A stretch of DNA of 37,610 nt, from positions 1 to 37,610 of the forward strand of contig DAOVET010000021.1 of the NCBI GenBank assembly GCA_030668825.1, in the 5' to 3' direction. Below the pieces are notes generated by a model. It was not told the DNA's origin. It ran no database searches and was given only the letters and a program-made list of their open reading frames with translations. The stretch is from Candidatus Heimdallarchaeota archaeon. GTDB lineage: Archaea > Asgardarchaeota > Heimdallarchaeia > Heimdallarchaeales > Heimdallarchaeaceae. Below are positions 1-8,068 of this stretch, piece by piece. The translations under genes and the position numbers were made by a program. Within the stretch, counting starts at the first letter, position 1. Each line of letters starts with the position of its first letter.

Positions 1-2
1 AT

Positions 3-461
3 AAACCGTGGGAGTTATTTGAGGATCGAGGTGCTGTTATTGAGAGTCAACTCATTGAACAACTAGTCGATATTGATGTAATAAAACAAGATTTTCAAAC
101 TATCAACAAAGAGGAAGGGCAAATTGAATTCATGCTCAATGAAGAACTAATTGAATCAGTTGAAGAATTCCTTCTAATTCATGGTTCGAAAGCATTTCGT
201 TATCGTATTGATAAAGGTGAAAAAGAGAAATGCAGCATAATCCGCTTTGATAGAACTACCATAAAGGAAGAAATAGTCCTTTTCTTTACAGATAAACACA
301 TAATTCTCAATCGAGAAGATGATGAAGGAAATACACATCAAAGAGCGATGAAATATATGAATAGAACGATCGTAGGCTGGTATTATGAAGGTCTTCTTCG
401 GATAAAACGGTTAAAAGATAAACAGAAAGTTTATACGAACAAAGTGTCAAAAAATCAGTAA
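3..461 (+). CDS. Hypothetical protein, 5'-truncated by the window edge
   Basis: The frame of ORF 132..461 stays open back to position 3 (KPWELFEDRGAVIESQLIEQLVDIDVIKQDFQTINKEEGQIEF-MLNEE...), so the true start probably lies outside the window. No family recognised. Confidence 0.7.
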   Translation, partial: KPWELFEDRGAVIESQLIEQLVDIDVIKQDFQTINKEEGQIEFMLNEELIESVEEFLLIHGSKAFRYRIDKGEKEKCSIIRFDRTTIKEEIVLFFTDKHIILNREDDEGNTHQRAMKYMNRTIVGWYYEGLLRIKRLKDKQKVYTNKVSKNQ

Positions 462-599
462 AAGTGGTGTTCATATATAAATAATTTATAAAGAAATCAT
501 ATCCTCCACATATCCCTCTATATAATACTTGTTTTTTAATTAAATCTAGAATATTTTGTATTAGAAATTTAGCATCAGGAGTTATAAGAAGGTGATAAA

Positions 600-866
600 A
601 TGTTATATGAGATAAATTCAGTATATTGCTCAAGATGCAAGGAATTTATGCAAATCTTCGATGCCGTTAATCTCAATTTCTCATCAACAGAAATTATTTG
701 CTCAAATTGCGGAAAGATATTACTTGTTATGAAAACAAAGATGCAGACAAGATTCGATAGTACTTTCGATTCTAAAAAACTGGATAGCTACATTAAAAAG
801 GAAAATCAAAAAACAGCAAAAAATCTTAGTGTGGATAGAATAATTGTTGAAACAAATACTGCTTAA
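600..866 (+). CDS. Small zinc-ribbon protein of unknown function
   Basis: Two CxxC pairs (CSRC, CSNC) about 20 aa apart; GGTGA Shine-Dalgarno motif just upstream of the ATG. Confidence 0.7.
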   Translation: MLYEINSVYCSRCKEFMQIFDAVNLNFSSTEIICSNCGKILLVMKTKMQTRFDSTFDSKKLDSYIKKENQKTAKNLSVDRIIVETNTA

Positions 867-942
867 GATTCAAATACATTTAACTTCACAACTCTCTAAC
901 CATATAATTTTTCAATAATGTTCTTTAACCTATCTTAAAGCC

Positions 943-2175
943 ATGAGAGAAACAGATATTGTTGTAATAGGCGGAGGACCATCTGGATTAATAGCTGCTA
1001 GAACAGCTGCTGAAAAAGGGAAGGATGTTGTCCTATATGAATCTAAAGATCAGATTGGAGTACATGAACACTGTGCTGGCTTATTAAGTATAGATGGATT
1101 AGAACAACTACAACTAAGTCATTTACCTCCTGAAGTAGTTCAAAATGCGCAAGTTAAAGGGACAATAATTTTTTCACCTTCAGGTCAGACTCTATTTGTT
1201 TCAAAGAAAAAACCTACAGCTTTAGTTGTTAATCGGGCAAGGTTCAATCAGTTTCTGTTTCAAGAAGCACTTGACAAAGGTGTTTCTGTTGAAACCTCAT
1301 CCCGTATCATGGCTATTCATAGAGAGACCAATTCTATTGTTCTGAAAATGGGTAAAAAAGCTACATCTCAAGGTATCAAATGCAATATCACAATACTTGC
1401 AGAGGGAAGATTTCCAAGACTAAACAAGCAAGTTAACCTTCCTGTACCCTCAAGGAAATCAATTGTGTTTTCATCTATGTATGTAATGAAAAATTTGAGG
1501 GATATAGATCCAGAGTTTGTAGAGGTCTATCAAGATCAGAAATATGCGCCTGGTTTTTTTTCTTGGATTATCCCTTTGAATGACAGAATCGCTAAGGTAG
1601 GATTAGCTTCTAACACAGTTCCCTCTAGTGATTTTCTAAAATCCTTTATCAAAAATCACCCAATTGCTAAGAAGAAATTAGAAAATGCAGTAATTGACAA
1701 AAAAATGAGTGGTGCAATTCCATTAGGTTCCTACATTAGGAAAACCTATGCAGATAACGTACTTGTTGTTGGTGATGCTGCAGGTCAAATAAAACCAACA
1801 ACTGGTGGTGGGGTAATCTTTGGAGGCATCGCTGCACAAATTGCGGGGAAGGTAGCTAGTGATGCTGTTACAGCTGAGAAATATAATTCCCAATATCTTT
1901 CAAAATACCAGAAACTCTGGAAAAAAGAGTTAAAACAAAACTTGAAAGTAATGAAACTTATTCGGTCTTATATCAACTCATTATCTACTAAGGATCTTAA
2001 TCGCTTTTTCATTTTACTAAATAAACCCCGTATTAGAAATAAAATTTCAGAATCTGGTGATGTAGACAATCAAAAAACTATTGTTTTTAACCTGCTTATG
2101 AATCTAAATCTATGGCCAATTCTTTTATCAACAGGCTTAAAATTTCTCCTTAAAAACAAAGAAAAGAAAAAATGA
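943..2175 (+). CDS. Geranylgeranyl reductase family flavoprotein (digeranylgeranylglycerophospholipid reductase-like)
   Basis: N-terminal GGGPSG FAD-binding motif, HCAG, PGFFSWIIP (PxxYxWxFP-like), GDAAG and PTTGGG motifs. Confidence 0.9.
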   Translation: MRETDIVVIGGGPSGLIAARTAAEKGKDVVLYESKDQIGVHEHCAGLLSIDGLEQLQLSHLPPEVVQNAQVKGTIIFSPSGQTLFVSKKKPTALVVNRARFNQFLFQEALDKGVSVETSSRIMAIHRETNSIVLKMGKKATSQGIKCNITILAEGRFPRLNKQVNLPVPSRKSIVFSSMYVMKNLRDIDPEFVEVYQDQKYAPGFFSWIIPLNDRIAKVGLASNTVPSSDFLKSFIKNHPIAKKKLENAVIDKKMSGAIPLGSYIRKTYADNVLVVGDAAGQIKPTTGGGVIFGGIAAQIAGKVASDAVTAEKYNSQYLSKYQKLWKKELKQNLKVMKLIRSYINSLSTKDLNRFFILLNKPRIRNKISESGDVDNQKTIVFNLLMNLNLWPILLSTGLKFLLKNKEKKK

Positions 2176-2205
2176 AGAGTAATATGTTTTAGTAATAGTC
2201 TCTCA

Positions 2206-2670
2206 TTAATATCTTGTTCTTAGACCTGATATCTTCAATTTCACTTTGACTGAGTTTTGTGTAATTACCTTATAATCAGATGATCCTAAAGAAATAGCTA
2301 AATCATGATCTATGATTTTGTCATCATTCTTTCCTGGATCTCTTTCAAAAACATGAAAGGGAACTTGTGTTACTCCTCCACGTGGAGCGTCTCTAAATTC
2401 TGAATAGAGTGTTATACCCTCTGGTGGTTGAAATATTTCATTTTTCTCCAGATTCATTGTCCCTCTGTTTGGTATTCTACTACTATAATGAGGTCTCTGC
2501 CCTACCCTAAAATAGATTTCTGACTCATTACCTAAAAGATCCTTGTCTTCTAAGACCTTTATTGAAATTAGTTCTACTCTTACTAAAAATCTATCTTTAA
2601 ATTCTTTGGTGTCCCTTTGCCCTCGAGCATAAGTGTCCCTATAAACTTTTTTTACAACTCTTCTTCCCAT
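2206..2670 (-). CDS. C2-domain-like beta-sandwich protein
   Basis: VRVELISIKVLEDKDLLGNESEIYFRV and FHVFERDPGKNDDKII resemble C2 calcium-binding loops 1 and 3; AGGTGA SD upstream; no signal peptide. The CDS is secure; the fold call is by eye. Confidence 0.6.
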   Translation of the reverse strand: MGRRVVKKVYRDTYARGQRDTKEFKDRFLVRVELISIKVLEDKDLLGNESEIYFRVGQRPHYSSRIPNRGTMNLEKNEIFQPPEGITLYSEFRDAPRGGVTQVPFHVFERDPGKNDDKIIDHDLAISLGSSDYKVITQNSVKVKLKISGLRTRY

Positions 2671-2801
2671 TTAATCACCTTAAGGTTGTTTTCCGTTCTA
2701 TTCTTATATATCTTTACTAATGTCAATAAGGTGCTAAAGAAAGAATCGAAAATAAAATTATTGCATTCTAATTGGTAAATCTTTTTTGATTATAAGTATC
2801 A

Positions 2802-3956
2802 TTAATTCCTCAGAAATTCAACAAGACAAAATTTACCTCTTCTTGTAGCAGGTATTCTCTCACCAATTCTGAAATTACTCTCTGGAAGTAAAACCGTTAA
2901 GATACCTTCCCATATGTGTATAACAAAATCACATAAATCGCGTTTTCCTTCCACACATTTTTCACCAGGGGCATAAGTACAATAAGCTCTCGCTGGATAT
3001 TCAACATAAGCCACCCTTCGGGAAATACTTGAAATAATATCTGCAGGCAAATAATTTTTGAGGTCATCTGTTGCTTTTGCTTGTAAAGCTTTGGTAACAT
3101 ATTGACCAATCATTGATGAGATTTCTTTGATATCTTGCTCTGAATCACGTATGTTAATCAGAAGGAATTCAATTAAGAACAGAACATGTATATCGTTGAA
3201 TTCTTCTTTTGCTTTCTTAACATTTGAATCCTCAATATCACTAAAGAAAGTGGTTGTAATTTCTGCCAAAACTTTGTGAAATAAAGGTAAAACCATTGTT
3301 GTTGGAAATTCTTTTAGAATCGGAGAGAAGACTGTATTTAGATCAAGATCCAAACTTGCCTTAATCTCTTCCTCTTCAACTGGTGCACTTGGTTGCATTG
3401 TTACACCAGAAACACCTTCGGTTTTAGTTTGAGCTGGGGAAGTTGCCATACTTGGTTCAGTAGAAATCTCTTGAGCACGAATAGTAGGAATTTTATTGTC
3501 AACTTTTTGTATGATTATCTGTAATTGTTGAGATTCAAATTGACTTGGCATTTGTTCTACTCTAGCATCTGAATTAAACAAGAAATACCCTAATGCTTTC
3601 ATAATCCCAGAAACAATAACTAGATAGGGGTGATAGGTCGCATCAGAGGCTATGAAACGATTTGCCCCAAGTTGTATTACTGCATTATCTTCATTTTTCT
3701 CAATTCTGATGTTCTTCCATCCCAAAGATTCCATAAGAAGATCAAATTGCTCTTCAATTCCGAGATCTCTGTGGGGAGTAAAGAAATTGAACACAGCATC
3801 AGCTATTGCTGAAGTAATAGCATGTTCAGTATCTCTATTAGTAACATCAAAAGAGGCTATTATCTTCTCCAGAGAATTCATTAGAATCTTTGTTGCTTGA
3901 AGGGCTCTTAATTTGTCGCTACCTTTGTTAGTCCACGTTGGCGAGTAACCACTCAT
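2802..3956 (-). CDS. Protein with two V4R/Bet3(TRAPP)-like domains joined by a low-complexity linker
   Basis: C-terminal LCDFVIHIWEGILTVLL...GERIPATRRGKFCLVEF fits the V4R pattern. N-terminal LGWKNIRIE...IVSGIMKALGYFLFNSDARVEQ looks like a Cys-free copy. S/T/P/Q/E-rich linker in the middle. Confidence 0.6.
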   Translation of the reverse strand: MSGYSPTWTNKGSDKLRALQATKILMNSLEKIIASFDVTNRDTEHAITSAIADAVFNFFTPHRDLGIEEQFDLLMESLGWKNIRIEKNEDNAVIQLGANRFIASDATYHPYLVIVSGIMKALGYFLFNSDARVEQMPSQFESQQLQIIIQKVDNKIPTIRAQEISTEPSMATSPAQTKTEGVSGVTMQPSAPVEEEEIKASLDLDLNTVFSPILKEFPTTMVLPLFHKVLAEITTTFFSDIEDSNVKKAKEEFNDIHVLFLIEFLLINIRDSEQDIKEISSMIGQYVTKALQAKATDDLKNYLPADIISSISRRVAYVEYPARAYCTYAPGEKCVEGKRDLCDFVIHIWEGILTVLLPESNFRIGERIPATRRGKFCLVEFLRN

Positions 3957-4017
3957 CTAAATCTTCCTTTCCTTTTGGAAATATTATAAACTAAGATGGT
4001 AAAATCCTAATATAACC

Positions 4018-4040
4018 TTTATGATGGTTTCCATCGTAAA
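4018..4040. promoter_or_regulatory. Inverted repeat in a divergent promoter region (candidate operator)
   Basis: TTTATGATGG-TTT-CCATCGTAAA, with 9 of 10 arm positions complementary. It abuts the minus-strand BRE/TATA-like AAAGGTTATATT (4009-4020). Confidence 0.45.
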
Positions 4041-4203
4041 AGGCGTAATTAAATGCTTAACACGATTTTACAACTCTCAATGTGTTAATGTAAAAATCAC
4101 CATAAAATGAAAAATTTATCTAATTACAAAAATAGGCTAATTCAAAAAGCTTAAAACACCAACCTTTACGTAACCCTATAGAGAATCAATCGCGTGGTTA
4201 TAT

Positions 4204-4386
4204 ATGAGTAAAATGATTGATATGCCAAGATGCACAAGCTGCAATAAAGTCATAAGTCCTAGTGATGAAGGAGACACACGTTTTTCATGTCCAAAGTGTA
4301 ATGATGTTCTTATTATTAGATGTCCAAAATGTAGACTTTTTGGAAATGAATATATATGTCCAAAATGCAACTTTAAAGGTCCATAA
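4204..4386 (+). CDS. DUF1610 (HVO_2753-like) zinc-finger protein
   Basis: Four CxxC motifs ending CPKCNFKGP; typical archaeal position directly upstream of EF-1beta. Confidence 0.92.
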   Translation: MSKMIDMPRCTSCNKVISPSDEGDTRFSCPKCNDVLIIRCPKCRLFGNEYICPKCNFKGP

Positions 4387-4399
4387 ACGGGTGAAAATG

Positions 4400-4669
4400 A
4401 TGGGTGAAGTTTTATTAGTATATGAAATTAGACCAGAAACTACCGAAGTAACTCCTAAGAAATTAGAAGAAATTGTGAGGTTAAAGCTTCCAGAGAATGT
4501 GAAGATGCAAAATAATCCTGAGGAAAAACCACTATTCTTCGGGTTAGTTTGTATAATTGGTCAATTCATTATTCCAGAGGAAGATGGTGCTCAAGATAAT
4601 TTAGAGGATGTTCTAAATTCAATTGAAGAAATATCCTCAATTCAGATGACTTTTATCACTAGATTGTAA
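4400..4669 (+). CDS. ef1b: Translation elongation factor 1-beta
   Basis: MGEVLLVYEIRPE...EEKPLFFGL...; GGGTGA SD before the ATGs at 4397/4400; follows DUF1610. The ORF-track start at 4262 is an over-extension. Confidence 0.92.
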   Translation: MGEVLLVYEIRPETTEVTPKKLEEIVRLKLPENVKMQNNPEEKPLFFGLVCIIGQFIIPEEDGAQDNLEDVLNSIEEISSIQMTFITRL

Positions 4670-4684
4670 GTTAGTCCTCTCCCT

Positions 4685-6775
4685 TTAGTTCCCTTTTTCA
4701 TTTTCAACAAATTTTTGCATTTTGATTTTTATTGCTAACCCCTTTGTCCAGTCTTCTTTATCAATATCTTCAATAAACAAGCTGTAATCATATTTCTTAG
4801 CAATTTCATTAACAATAAGAAAACCTAGATGTTTACGGAGAGTTTCATCAAATGGTGATTCTTCAATAACTCTTTGTATTTCATCATTGAGTTCAGGTTC
4901 AATACCTTCTTTATCAAGAATCATTATCTCAAAGAATTCTTGATCATCTTCTATTATTTCTCTCCCGTTGATATCTATGTTAATCTTCCTACTTTCAGTT
5001 TTTAATATTAAGCTCTTCAAGACATAGTAGAACATATCATAAAGAAAAACCCCCCCTAGAATCTTAATAACACTAGGTAAATTAACATCTATATTTAATT
5101 CTTTTTCGCTGTGTTCTTCCTCTACCTTTTCAAGTAATCTCAAAATAGTCATCTTAAGCGGAACAAAATGAACTTCTGCTCCGCTTGAAATATCTAATAC
5201 ATTAGATAATAATCGTATATCTTGAACTATTCCTGTACCTCTTCTTACAAGAGTATTCACTCTTTCCAATATCACGTTTTCTTCAGGAGGAATGCTGCCA
5301 GTTAATAATTCGTAATAACCTGAGATTCCAAAAAGAATATTGTAAATATCATGTGTTAAAACATTTAGGTACATTTTTGATCGGTTAGAGTATTCTTCTG
5401 CAATAGATTGTAATTTTGTTGCTTCAGAAATATCAACTAAAGACAAAACAACACAATATTCCCCTGTTAGATTATTGATTGTTGGAGATAATTGCACAAA
5501 AAAGGTTCTAGAATCTCTTTTTCCCAATTGAAAAATTTCTATTTCAAGTTTCATAGTATCTTTTGCGATATTCGCTATTACATCACGGGTTTTCTGAAGC
5601 ATTTCCTTAGCTTTATCTGAATCCAGACCAAGCAAGTAATCCAATTTTAATCCAATTGATTCATCGTGAATAAAACTAAATGTTTTCTCAGCCTGTTTAT
5701 TGAGATATATGATCTCAAATCTATTGTTTACAAGCATAACAGGAAAAGAAGAAAATTCAGAAGTTTGAGTTATCTGTTGAATGTCATCAAGAAGTCTTTT
5801 TCTTTGAAGAGTTAGAAATAATTGATTAGCCATAATTCGGAGAAAATGAATATTTGATTCTGATAGTTTCTCTATTGACTCGGAAATAACAACTAGAAAT
5901 CCTAGCATTAAATTAGTGGAGCCGATAGGAAGAATTACCCCATATTGCTCTTCAAATTGTGTAAAATTAATTTCTTCAATTTTGTTAGGGGTATTATAAT
6001 AAGGTAAGCTTGATATCACAAGTTGAGGCGATTTGAAGTATTCTCTTACTTGATCACTCAACCCTATATCCTGAATTAGAGAAATTTCCGCAATATCTTT
6101 GATAAACACACCTAATCCTTCAATCTCAGTTTTTGACTTAATTTTTGGTAAAATTCGATCAAGTATAAGTTGTATTTCAGTAGTTTCAAGAGTAAGGGTT
6201 GACATCTCTACAATTAAATCCGTTTGGTGCAATTTTAAACCAGAACTATATTGACCATACCAAAATGAAAGCATATCTGTTATTAACAATGATATTTCTT
6301 TTATTACAGACAAATATCTTTCTTGATTGTGTTTTACTGTATCTGGATGGAGAAAAACACTTATTGCACCAATAGTAATGTCCCCTAAATACATTGGACA
6401 TACAATAAAATCACTAATGTTCTGACTTTTTAGAAATACCTTGTAGTTGTTGCCTTCAGCGATGGCATCTGTTGGAAACCATGCTGTATCTGATTGTGCA
6501 AATACTTCAGTATAAGGATTCTCAGGATCAAAAGCATCCATCTCGATTTCTAGATTGCTCTTTGTAATTTGCTCCTCTTCGATACAAAGTGGATAAAGAA
6601 ATTGATTTTCATGATCATAATAACTAACCAAAATCAATACAGGATCTAGTGCATTTTTAATAGCTCGACTGGCTCTTTGAATCATAGAAATTTTTATTCT
6701 ACTATTAAGCAAGTCCCCATTAGCTAATAATTTAAGGAACTCTACAAGTGATTCAGTTACTAGATCTTCATCCAT
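4685..6775 (-). CDS. Soluble GAF-GAF-PAS sensor histidine kinase-like protein with a degenerate ATPase domain
   Basis: GAF-type segments (FIVCPMYLGDITIGAISV; ILPIGSTNLMLGFLVV), PAS (VMLVNNRFEIIYLNKQAEKTF), H-box LTHDIYN; N, G1 and G2 boxes are degenerate. Confidence 0.8.
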   Translation of the reverse strand: MDEDLVTESLVEFLKLLANGDLLNSRIKISMIQRASRAIKNALDPVLILVSYYDHENQFLYPLCIEEEQITKSNLEIEMDAFDPENPYTEVFAQSDTAWFPTDAIAEGNNYKVFLKSQNISDFIVCPMYLGDITIGAISVFLHPDTVKHNQERYLSVIKEISLLITDMLSFWYGQYSSGLKLHQTDLIVEMSTLTLETTEIQLILDRILPKIKSKTEIEGLGVFIKDIAEISLIQDIGLSDQVREYFKSPQLVISSLPYYNTPNKIEEINFTQFEEQYGVILPIGSTNLMLGFLVVISESIEKLSESNIHFLRIMANQLFLTLQRKRLLDDIQQITQTSEFSSFPVMLVNNRFEIIYLNKQAEKTFSFIHDESIGLKLDYLLGLDSDKAKEMLQKTRDVIANIAKDTMKLEIEIFQLGKRDSRTFFVQLSPTINNLTGEYCVVLSLVDISEATKLQSIAEEYSNRSKMYLNVLTHDIYNILFGISGYYELLTGSIPPEENVILERVNTLVRRGTGIVQDIRLLSNVLDISSGAEVHFVPLKMTILRLLEKVEEEHSEKELNIDVNLPSVIKILGGVFLYDMFYYVLKSLILKTESRKINIDINGREIIEDDQEFFEIMILDKEGIEPELNDEIQRVIEESPFDETLRKHLGFLIVNEIAKKYDYSLFIEDIDKEDWTKGLAIKIKMQKFVENEKGN

Positions 6776-7115
6776 ATTAATCCCGATTTTCTGTATTTGA
6801 TGTATTTTTGCCCTTGTTATGCTTCTTCTAATCTAATGATAAAGCGTTTCATTTAAATCCGTTTTGTATTATCTTGAGTCATCCATCCCCTTGATAATTG
6901 GTTTTACGAAGAAACTGAAACGAATTTATACGTTTCTATTGTCTTATCTATGAATGGGAAAAAAGGTATCAAGCAGATAATTCTGACAACTATTTCAGAT
7001 AAAGTAATGTTAATCAACAATGAATATATTATAGTTATTACACGAGGAGATTCAAACGACGAGGCAAACTTCGGAAATTATTGCTGAACATGCAGATACA
7101 ATTTATGCATTCTTT

Positions 7116-8039
7116 TTGGGAGATAAAGATGGTGTAATCTATAAAGAAAGTATTTTCAATGAAGAGAAATGTCCCCTTGATATCTTAACAAATCTAGTTA
7201 AAGCTTTTTGCTCTTTCACTGAAGAAACCCAAATATCTGATCGTGGAACGATAGAACTAACAAAATCAAAAATATCCTTTAGAAAGATACAAGATATAAC
7301 CTATGTTCTTAATCATGGAATAAGTGAAAGAACTAAAGCTGACGATGCTATAGATTACATTTCTAACGAATTTGAAAGCAGATCTAGGTCTAAATTCCAT
7401 AGCGCTGATCCTGGACAAGTATTTTCAGGTGCATCAGCTGTTTATAATCAGACGGTGGAAGAACTTTTTAGGGCAGTAATTTACAAAGAAAATCCAAAAC
7501 CCCGTCAGTATGCTCGAGATGCACAATTTGATTTAGAATTAGTAGATGTACCTATTAGTTTTGATGATTTGATGCTAGTTTCAAAATCTCAAGAAAAACC
7601 AGCAGAACAATCTGTAAAGGAGAAAAAATTAACTCCTGAAGAAGAACAATCCCCAGAACAAATGCTTAGTGCAGTGACGTTTAATATACTGAACTCAATA
7701 CAAGGTATAGATCATCTTGTATTTGTTGAACATGACGAAGAGCATACAGAATTGTTTTTCCAGAATGGTAGTTTAGATGAGGATTTTGTAATCAAGACTC
7801 AGAAAATATGTGAGAAATACCTTTCTAATATCCTTGAGATTATGAAAGATGAACAAACACAAAATGCAATCGATATTACCAATAAACACCAAATAATCTT
7901 TGTTAATTTGGATGATAAAAATTTCATGTACGCAATTGCATCAAAAAAAGTTGATGCTGTTATGATGGATCCTGTATTTGAGAGAATTGCCCGTAGAATA
8001 AAAGATATGGTACTTGGCTATAAAAAAGTGACTGAATAA
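7116..8039 (+). CDS. Longin-like plus roadblock/LC7-like two-domain protein (start probably upstream of 7116)
   Basis: N-half IYAFFLGDKDGVIY...LTNLVKAFCSFTEE...IELTKSKISFRKIQDITYVL fits the longin pattern. C-half NILNSIQGIDHLVFV...QIIFVNLDDKNFMYAIASKKVD plus a terminal helix fits the roadblock pattern. Confidence 0.65.
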   Translation: MGDKDGVIYKESIFNEEKCPLDILTNLVKAFCSFTEETQISDRGTIELTKSKISFRKIQDITYVLNHGISERTKADDAIDYISNEFESRSRSKFHSADPGQVFSGASAVYNQTVEELFRAVIYKENPKPRQYARDAQFDLELVDVPISFDDLMLVSKSQEKPAEQSVKEKKLTPEEEQSPEQMLSAVTFNILNSIQGIDHLVFVEHDEEHTELFFQNGSLDEDFVIKTQKICEKYLSNILEIMKDEQTQNAIDITNKHQIIFVNLDDKNFMYAIASKKVDAVMMDPVFERIARRIKDMVLGYKKVTE

Positions 8040-8068
8040 GAATATCTAATAACAAATATTGTTTTCAT

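Noticed and set aside
307-633. 108-aa minus-strand ORF
   Set aside because: Overlaps two better-supported plus-strand genes in antisense and has no recognisable motif.
4262-4399. N-terminal extension of EF-1beta in the ORF track, and antisense ORF 4176..4370
   Set aside because: Both overlap the DUF1610 gene. The SD motif and homology place the EF-1beta start at 4397/4400.
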